Virus record (IMG/VR): IMGVR_UViG_3300022213_000237
Span: 105,568 to 169,567 of that record
Strand: one strand, 5' to 3'
Source of the DNA: a virus
DNA length: 64,000 nucleotides
Position numbers and translations under genes: made by a program. The notes under the pieces are model-generated. The model saw only the letters and a program-made list of their open reading frames with translations. It did no database searches and was not told the origin of the DNA. This document shows, one piece after another, positions 57,702 through 64,000 of the stretch (positions are counted from its first letter, which is position 1; each line of letters begins with the position of its first letter).

Positions 57702-58513
57702 TGCCGTTACCACTCATCTTGTTATGCGGTAATGCCGGCTCAGGCAAAGACACTGTAGCTGGTTTCATTGCCAAGAATTTTGGCGCCGTCTGTATTGCGC
57801 AAGCCGACCCCATGAAAAGGTTTTTGCTCAAGACTTTTGGTTTCACTGAAGAACAGCTATGGGGTCCTAGCGAGATGCGGAATGGGGTTGACTCCCGCTT
57901 CGACAACAATTGGCGTCTTTGGTCCGAAACTCGACACCGACTCCGTAGCGATGCCTCATGGTTTGTTGAAGAAGTGTTACCAGATCTAGACGACGCTGAA
58001 CATATATTAGCGGTAAAAAAACTTGTTGATTGGGGTAACGAAATAACAGATACGAAGAACAGGTCGGGTATCACGCCACGAAAAGTGCTCCAATCAATGG
58101 GTACAGAGTGGGGTAGAGCGGTGTCTCGTGACGTGTGGAGTAATTACGCCAAGACCACAGCTTTCAAGCTGCTGGGCGGCGGTTATTCCTATAATCGAGT
58201 GTCCGGACTTGTGACCGATGCTACCAGTAATCCCAACTTTGTGGTTATAACAGACGGTAGGTTTCGCAATGAAATCGTTAACGTCCTCGCCGTCGGTGGC
58301 TCCGTATGGGACATCTCCTCACCCAAAGTACTCAAAGAAGATAATGCCGCCGTCGAAGCCGCAGGCATTAAGGGGCATGCTTCAGAGGCAGAGCTTAAGT
58401 CCGTTCCTTTGCATTTCTTTACTAATGTTTTTGTGAACAATAAGTCGGCTGGCTTAGATTTCTGCGAAAAAAAGGTCGTTGAGCGCATGGTGAATGAATG
58501 GGGTACAAAATGA
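57701..58513 (+). CDS. deoxynucleoside monophosphate kinase
   Basis: GNAGSGKDT, ADPMK, TPRKVLQSMGTEWGR, VITDGRFRNE, HASE. Confidence 0.9.
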   Translation: MPLPLILLCGNAGSGKDTVAGFIAKNFGAVCIAQADPMKRFLLKTFGFTEEQLWGPSEMRNGVDSRFDNNWRLWSETRHRLRSDASWFVEEVLPDLDDAEHILAVKKLVDWGNEITDTKNRSGITPRKVLQSMGTEWGRAVSRDVWSNYAKTTAFKLLGGGYSYNRVSGLVTDATSNPNFVVITDGRFRNEIVNVLAVGGSVWDISSPKVLKEDNAAVEAAGIKGHASEAELKSVPLHFFTNVFVNNKSAGLDFCEKKVVERMVNEWGTK

Positions 58514-58881
58514 AGAAAAGTAAATACGAAGCAGAAAAAGATCGAGTGAGATTGCTTCAAGTCATTGACGCACTTGATCGTCACGTAGACAGAACTCTAA
58601 TCCACGCTTTGTTGCCTAATATATCCTACGGCACCATAAGTGGTCGACTTGTCGACCTTGTAAATGCTGGTTTATTAGAGGAAGACGGAGAAAACGAATA
58701 TTACGTGCCGCATCTTCGTTCCGGCCTAAATCTTTCGTCGACGTGGAATCCTCGAGCCGCATCCGACGCTACATTTGCTAATGGCGCACAATTCACTAAG
58801 CGATATCGTAAAACCGCTGCCTGGTCTTGGCTTTCTGCCTATAAAGCGCTTAAAGGTAAAGTAGATCAACTCGGTAAGTAA
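58510..58881 (+). CDS. winged-helix protein
   Basis: ATGA overlap with kinase stop; SYGTISGRLVDLVNAGLLE. Confidence 0.55.
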   Translation: MKKSKYEAEKDRVRLLQVIDALDRHVDRTLIHALLPNISYGTISGRLVDLVNAGLLEEDGENEYYVPHLRSGLNLSSTWNPRAASDATFANGAQFTKRYRKTAAWSWLSAYKALKGKVDQLGK

Positions 58882-58885
58882 TTGG

Positions 58886-59119
58886 ATGGCTACCATCCAA
58901 GACCTAGAAGATATCCGCAGTGAATTGAGACTCGGAACCATTAACAAATACCAAGCCTTACAAAGGGTGGGGGAGTTAATGGTTCAAGCCAAATCAAGAG
59001 CTTTGCGCACAAAGTGTGAGGCTTTTCTCGACGAAATCATAGGCCTTCCTTCCGAACCTAAGGAAATGTCGGCGAAAGAGCGCGAGGCTCTGGAAGAGCA
59101 TTTTCGGAACGAAGGGTGA
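58886..59119 (+). CDS. hypothetical protein
   Basis: 77 aa, coupled to neighbours. Confidence 0.55.
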   Translation: MATIQDLEDIRSELRLGTINKYQALQRVGELMVQAKSRALRTKCEAFLDEIIGLPSEPKEMSAKEREALEEHFRNEG

Positions 59120-59478
59120 AGATCAACTTGCTAGGAAAGAACATGTCCGAGACTCTTCAAGAAATTCAGTCCCGTATCGAACCCACTCGTAAACAACTTG
59201 AGACCATGCTTGAACGCAAAGAGCTTAGCCCAGCTCTCTTCTTCAAAGCCCTCATGGGTCTGGCCTATGAATATGTGGTTGCTGACCATACAGAAGAAGC
59301 TGCTGGGTTAGTGATGCAAATTCCCCCCGATTATTGGCGCGGCGACGCCAAGCTTCAGATGCAACAAGACGTACAGTATTTTCAGCGGTCGGCCACCGTT
59401 TATCGCTCTCTGCGTGATTGCGGACTGCTGATGTTCGCGTTCCCATTAGGTCAGCCTTCAACTACGGCAAAGGCATGA
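59116..59478 (+). CDS. hypothetical protein
   Basis: 120 aa, GTGA overlap. Confidence 0.55.
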   Translation: MKINLLGKNMSETLQEIQSRIEPTRKQLETMLERKELSPALFFKALMGLAYEYVVADHTEEAAGLVMQIPPDYWRGDAKLQMQQDVQYFQRSATVYRSLRDCGLLMFAFPLGQPSTTAKA

Positions 59479-59870
59479 CGATGGATATCGGTGACAGAGT
59501 AATAGATGGGGATGAAGTCAAAACCTTTCAACGCAAGGCCATTGTCTTGTATCTCGACACTGTTTTTGGCGACAGATATCAGGAAGCAGATATCTATTTT
59601 GAAAACCCTGTGCCTGTAAGAGATCACGAGAACAACATTGTTGGTTGGGCTACTTTGCATCGGGAAGGTAAGGTGTTGGAGGCGGAATTTTTCTTGGATT
59701 ACCACAACCCAATCAGATTGGATATTGAGGCGGGGAACAAATGGTACCCCACTTTAGATGGAATATTTTTTACCTCAACCACAAAACTTCATGTCATGTA
59801 CGGTGGTATCAATCAAATCGTCTTGAAGCGAGGTCCTGAAAATTTACCATTTAAGGCAGACCCGCTATGA
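59475..59870 (+). CDS. hypothetical protein
   Basis: ATGA overlap at 59475 preferred over ORF-track start 59418. Confidence 0.5.
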   Translation: MTMDIGDRVIDGDEVKTFQRKAIVLYLDTVFGDRYQEADIYFENPVPVRDHENNIVGWATLHREGKVLEAEFFLDYHNPIRLDIEAGNKWYPTLDGIFFTSTTKLHVMYGGINQIVLKRGPENLPFKADPL

Positions 59871-60076
59871 ATCAAAAGTTCGCGCGTGTCATGGTATCTA
59901 TAAACAGGACCATGTGGTGGGTGATGCTGGCTACCATACCAGTAGATATTTTTATAGTATTCTTTTGGCTAGAAGCCTCAAAGGTCTTACCGCAAGGCCG
60001 TGGATTAGCTACATCTTCTCTTGTTTTTGCTGCCATTAAAACGGCCTGGTGCTGGCTGAATCGCGCGCCTAAATAA
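59867..60076 (+). CDS. small two-TM membrane protein
   Basis: Two hydrophobic segments in 69 aa; ATGA overlap. Confidence 0.5.
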   Translation: MNQKFARVMVSINRTMWWVMLATIPVDIFIVFFWLEASKVLPQGRGLATSSLVFAAIKTAWCWLNRAPK

Positions 60077-60109
60077 GCGGCAATCTTGGGATCTGAGGAT
60101 ATTTGAAAC

Positions 60110-60511
60110 ATGCTGCTTTCTGCTCGAATGATGACCGATGTGGGAGACGTCAATACTTTCCGATACGTGGATAGTGTTGAATTCACTGAGGGTGATGCTC
60201 CAGCCGTCTATTTTCAGTTGATTGATAGGTCTAAGGATAAAGACTACAGACCACAGGGTCGTCGTTTTTGTCCCGCAGCAGCGGCCACGCTTCAGGTCGT
60301 AATAAAGCTCGTTGACTCGGCCAAAACTATTACTCGTTTTGCTTCTCAGCCCTTTGCTGAAGACCCTTCGATTTGGATGCTGCAGCTTCAGTCCACCGAC
60401 GCCATCAAGGGTACCGTCAGTTTCCTTTTGACTCTGACCGAAGGCGCGGCGACCACTCGAGGACGCCTCGACGCCGCCCTTTCGGTTTCGTCTCAAGTAC
60501 AGGGGTTCTAA
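60110..60511 (+). CDS. putative virion structural protein
   Basis: Beta-rich 133 aa; GAGG RBS; precedes the neck-like gene. Confidence 0.55.
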   Translation: MLLSARMMTDVGDVNTFRYVDSVEFTEGDAPAVYFQLIDRSKDKDYRPQGRRFCPAAAATLQVVIKLVDSAKTITRFASQPFAEDPSIWMLQLQSTDAIKGTVSFLLTLTEGAATTRGRLDAALSVSSQVQGF

Positions 60512-61360
60512 ATGGCTGACTACACCAAATCTTCTATCGACCCTCGAGGTGTACTGCCCGAGAATGCGGTCGATGCGCAGGAATGGTCTCGGTATGAGCC
60601 ACTACTGACCCCGGAGCAGCTTAAGAACCGCTTCCTGAAGGGCATTCCTCTGGTATTCAACATCATGGATCCGGTCACAAAGAAATATGACCGCCTTGAG
60701 CCCGAAGACCTCAAGGACATGATTGTACGCGCTGTTGCCCAGCTGGAGATGGACAGCAAAATTGATATCTTTCCTGTTCAGCGCAAAGAAAAGAAACCCT
60801 TCGACCGCAATGAGATGGTCGACCTCGGTTATATGCGCGCGAATTATCGCCCCATTCGCTCTATTGATAAGCTTGCTATCGGACCCGGTAATTCACCCGA
60901 TATTTTGACCATAGCTCCAGAATGGCTGGCTCAAGACGGGTGGGTTCGTGGCGAAGTCCGTATCGTTCCCACTATCAATACCGTGATTAGTGGCGGATAC
61001 GTGCCTGCCGACGCGGGAGTGGGTCAGGGTTCCGCCTTTGTCGCCCTCATGGGAACCAAGGGTTGGATTTCTTCGTTTTGGACCATGGAATACACTACGG
61101 GATTCAGTGACGGCAGAATTCCTATTGTCGTGAATGAGTTGATTGGGTGCTATGCCGCCATCGAAGCTCTTTCGTTATTGGCTTCTACTCATCGCACCAA
61201 TTCACAGTCCTTAGGAATGGACGGAGCAAGCCAGAGTACATCGGGGCCGGGACCACAGGTATACGACGGACGAATCAAACTCCTTGAAGATCGCCGCAAG
61301 AATCTGCTTTCGAAGCTACGCGGCATGATGGGTTCGAAATTTGTGATCGGAAATATATAA
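60512..61360 (+). CDS. putative neck / head-tail adaptor protein
   Basis: LTPEQLK..L.GI, AVAQLE...IDI, YTTGF..IP..ELIG.YAA, SQSLGMDGASQS pattern typical of myophage neck proteins. Confidence 0.65.
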   Translation: MADYTKSSIDPRGVLPENAVDAQEWSRYEPLLTPEQLKNRFLKGIPLVFNIMDPVTKKYDRLEPEDLKDMIVRAVAQLEMDSKIDIFPVQRKEKKPFDRNEMVDLGYMRANYRPIRSIDKLAIGPGNSPDILTIAPEWLAQDGWVRGEVRIVPTINTVISGGYVPADAGVGQGSAFVALMGTKGWISSFWTMEYTTGFSDGRIPIVVNELIGCYAAIEALSLLASTHRTNSQSLGMDGASQSTSGPGPQVYDGRIKLLEDRRKNLLSKLRGMMGSKFVIGNI

Positions 61361-61375
61361 TTACGGACACTTACC

Positions 61376-63901
61376 ATGTTTGATATGCGCCAAATTAACA
61401 GAATGATGGATGCGGTCAAATCGCATTTGAGCGATAGAGCACCGCACCAGGGTGCAGCCTGTCATTTAAGCGGTAATTGTTATGTCCAAGCCGAAGCTCT
61501 GCATCACCTGCTTGGTGGCGAACAGACTGGATGGGTTCCGCACACACTCCAAGTTGATGGCGGACCACATTGGTTTCTTCGCCATAAACACAGCGGTACG
61601 ATTTTAGACCCGACTCGCCCAGAGACACCTTTGTCTTACGACCAAGGCAAGTTCACCGCCTTTCTTACTAAGCAGCCATCAAAACGCACTCAAGTGGTGT
61701 TGAATCGCATCGCTGGCGACCATGATCCCGTCTCTAAATCCGAAGACTTTGATAAGGCAGTTTTAGATCCTAATTCTGGGTATAGATTTGAGCATAAAGC
61801 CATACCCATGACGAATCACTATGGGACAACTCCCGAGTCTCGTTATTATAATATACATCAAGTCAGCGCCTTTGCTCCTAACGGTGAAGAAATAGGTAGA
61901 GCCACCTTTAATCACGATAAAGCGTCTAATACGTTAGAAACTGGAAATACCTTTGTACACGAAAATCATCGTCGTAAAGGTATTGCGTCAGCAATGTATT
62001 CGCATGCAGAAAAAGCTACTGGAATGAAGATAATTCCTTCCAAAGCTCAGTCTAAAGATGCTCAAGCTTTATGGGCAGCAAATTCTGCGAATAAACAATT
62101 TGGTAAATCCGAATCCTCAGCCGACCATAGCACAAAAACTGCGGCCAGCATCGCCGTCTTCAATAGTGAAGGTCACTTGCTAATGGGTCAGCGTAACGAC
62201 TCAAAGCGATGGACATTGCCTGGCGGCAAAATGGATGTCGGAGAACTGCCAGAAGAGTGTGCGCGCCGAGAACTTCAAGAAGAAGCCGGTCTACAAGCGA
62301 AGCGACTTAAATTCCTTGGTCGCGGAGTTGGAGGCAAAGACAGCGACTGGACAGTGTACTCTTTCGAAGCTCATTGCGACGACAAACCTGACGCCGGCAA
62401 CGACCCCGACAAAGAGTGCGATTCTTGGGAGTGGATTCCTGTAGCTGATGGTTTGCCGAAGGAAATCTCGAACCAGTTACATAATCGCGATCGCGACGTC
62501 ACTCTCCAGCTACTAGGCCTCCAATCAGGAAGCTTGGAGCCAACAGAGTTATCCAAAGGTTTAAAGCATAGATTCTTGGGCGCTATCGCCGCCGCAGGAT
62601 TAGCGATGTCGCCTCAAGCTCTTGCCGGTGAGCCCGACAAAAAGCCAAGCCTTAGCGGTCTGCACCACGAATTACATCCCATTGCGCAGCTTGAGTCTTC
62701 TGGTGGGAAAAATATTAACCATAAACCACACTCGCTTGGTGAATTTCATACTGCCGTCGGGGCAGTTGGATTGAAGCCAAGCACGGCACATGACGAATAT
62801 ATGAAGTCGTCGTGGTTACAAAAAGTATTCCCAAACATTAGCGATCCCCAAAAATTCACGCACGAATTCAAGAGGAACGACGCCCTCTACAATCACACAG
62901 CCACATCCCATTGGCACCGACTCAAAAAACTGTTTGGCGGTGATACAACTAAAGCCGCTTATGCGTGGCGTTGGGGTCAGGGAGCAGCACTTCGTGACGC
63001 TCCGGAAGTACAGGCCGGAGACCCTTATGTCCAGGCGTATCAGAAGCTTACTAGCAAAGCACGTGCGGCAGCAATGGGCCGACACCTGATCAACCCGCTT
63101 TCGAAAGAGGAAGTCGACAAGTGGACCTCAATGGGCTCGAAACCTTCAAAAGCTAAGTCGCTGCGTACTTTTGATCATTATTCGATGCAACCCGGTCTCA
63201 AAGAGTTGGACCCTAAATTCCAGGGCACTGGGTCGGTGGGGCCCGAGAAAGGTAGACCCAAACGTATTCCGCGTGTATACATGTACGCCGCCGATACCGC
63301 ACCAGAACAGCATGTGGCCGCCGCGTCTCGTGCCAAATACAGGGTTGAGTTACCGGCAGCAGCTAAATTCTATGACATGGGCGCAGATGAGCTTGGGTTA
63401 CTAGAACCCAAAATGCGTTCAACCAAATATGGCCAATTCTACGAACCAGCCGACCTCGACGAAGTAGAGCGTAAGATAAAGCGTTTAGGTTATCACGGTT
63501 ACCATAATTACATGTCTACCGCACCTAACGCTTACGCCGTATTTACTAAGGTTAAAGCCAAAGAATTGAAGAAGACGGAGTCCTCAACAGACCATCTCTC
63601 TAAAGTAGAACCCTGGTTCCAGGCCATGTTGGCACAGAATGAAGCCCGTAAGCAGAAGATTAATGAGTTAGTGCAAACCACCAGAGGTTCTGTATGGGCT
63701 AGTCGCAATGGTGGGCATTTAGTTGTAGGCAAAGACCCACATGATCGTAGTCGTTGGCGAGTTACTCCCATCCAAAGCGATGGTACGCCTACGAGCCACA
63801 CCGTTGCTCCAGACCATACCGAAGCACTCAAGACTGCTCATTCTCTTGGCGCCAACCTACTTGATGAGCCGGTTAAAAACTACCGTTGTAAAGCGGCCTA
63901 A
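61376..63901 (+). CDS. polyvalent protein: papain/transglutaminase-like + GNAT + Nudix + lytic transglycosylase-like + ART-like + unknown domain
   Basis: GNCY..HWFL..LDPT; VHENHRRKGIASAMY; GGKMDVGELPEECARRELQEEAG; QLESSGG..GAVGLKPSTA..AYAWRWG; HYS..LDPKFQGTG..RVYMY..GYHGY. Confidence 0.8.
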   Translation: MFDMRQINRMMDAVKSHLSDRAPHQGAACHLSGNCYVQAEALHHLLGGEQTGWVPHTLQVDGGPHWFLRHKHSGTILDPTRPETPLSYDQGKFTAFLTKQPSKRTQVVLNRIAGDHDPVSKSEDFDKAVLDPNSGYRFEHKAIPMTNHYGTTPESRYYNIHQVSAFAPNGEEIGRATFNHDKASNTLETGNTFVHENHRRKGIASAMYSHAEKATGMKIIPSKAQSKDAQALWAANSANKQFGKSESSADHSTKTAASIAVFNSEGHLLMGQRNDSKRWTLPGGKMDVGELPEECARRELQEEAGLQAKRLKFLGRGVGGKDSDWTVYSFEAHCDDKPDAGNDPDKECDSWEWIPVADGLPKEISNQLHNRDRDVTLQLLGLQSGSLEPTELSKGLKHRFLGAIAAAGLAMSPQALAGEPDKKPSLSGLHHELHPIAQLESSGGKNINHKPHSLGEFHTAVGAVGLKPSTAHDEYMKSSWLQKVFPNISDPQKFTHEFKRNDALYNHTATSHWHRLKKLFGGDTTKAAYAWRWGQGAALRDAPEVQAGDPYVQAYQKLTSKARAAAMGRHLINPLSKEEVDKWTSMGSKPSKAKSLRTFDHYSMQPGLKELDPKFQGTGSVGPEKGRPKRIPRVYMYAADTAPEQHVAAASRAKYRVELPAAAKFYDMGADELGLLEPKMRSTKYGQFYEPADLDEVERKIKRLGYHGYHNYMSTAPNAYAVFTKVKAKELKKTESSTDHLSKVEPWFQAMLAQNEARKQKINELVQTTRGSVWASRNGGHLVVGKDPHDRSRWRVTPIQSDGTPTSHTVAPDHTEALKTAHSLGANLLDEPVKNYRCKAA

Positions 63902-63911
63902 TCTTGGTAGC

Positions 63912-64000
63912 ATGGAATCGCTACCTCCTGAAGATATTCAGCTGCATAAATCCTTAAAAGGATACACCTTCGGTGAGCCACAACACGAGCCTGAGCTGGG
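63912..64000 (+). CDS. partial ORF running off right edge
   Basis: ATG at 63912, MESLPPEDIQLHKSLKGY..., open to window end. Confidence 0.5.
   Translation, partial: MESLPPEDIQLHKSLKGYTFGEPQHEPEL

Noticed and set aside
780-63831. Numerous 60-195 aa antisense or alternative-frame ORFs (e.g. 5613..6170, 11695..12171, 49007..49513, 53773..54360)
   Set aside because: Fully nested in well-supported genes, no motifs; expected shadow ORFs.
1-64000. CRISPR array, tRNA or rRNA genes
   Set aside because: No regularly spaced repeats or cloverleaf/T-loop signatures seen in the few intergenic gaps (by eye only).
1-64000. Specific host assignment or prophage status
   Set aside because: No integrase, attachment site or host genes in the window; the lipoprotein and B12-dependent RNR only hint at a diderm, cobalamin-using host.

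Overview
64 kb of a large tailed dsDNA bacteriophage genome (standard genetic code, no tRNA, rRNA or CRISPR seen). The left arm (1-30430, mostly minus strand) is a replication/recombination/nucleotide module: DNA ligase, ClpP, intein-containing replicative helicase, primase, RecA, SSB, a DnaE polymerase split into two genes by a naturally split intein with an HNH gene between them, a class II ribonucleotide reductase, RuvC, SbcC and a GroEL carrying a class 3 intein. After an AT-rich divergence point (~30.5-30.8 kb), the right arm (plus strand) encodes a triple winged-helix protein, SF2 helicase, sigma factor, GroES, SbcD and the head module: intein-containing terminase, portal, intein-containing MuF-like protein, prohead protease, scaffold and a SPO1/Twort-like major capsid protein. 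These are followed by thyX, a dNMP kinase and neck genes. The most striking signal is a set of multidomain polyproteins in the head module. These are a prohead protease fused to an HhH DNA glycosylase-like domain and a PI3/4K/HipA-like kinase, a GGDEF cyclase fused to a DUF3293-like domain, and a papain-like/GNAT/Nudix/lytic-transglycosylase/ART-like chain. Their domains are separated by the same (L/F/V)-x-K-(S/A/G)-(E) motif that marks the capsid protein N-terminus and fills the scaffold. This suggests a protease-processed, virion-packaged effector arsenal. All calls come from motif reading only; no database searches were run.
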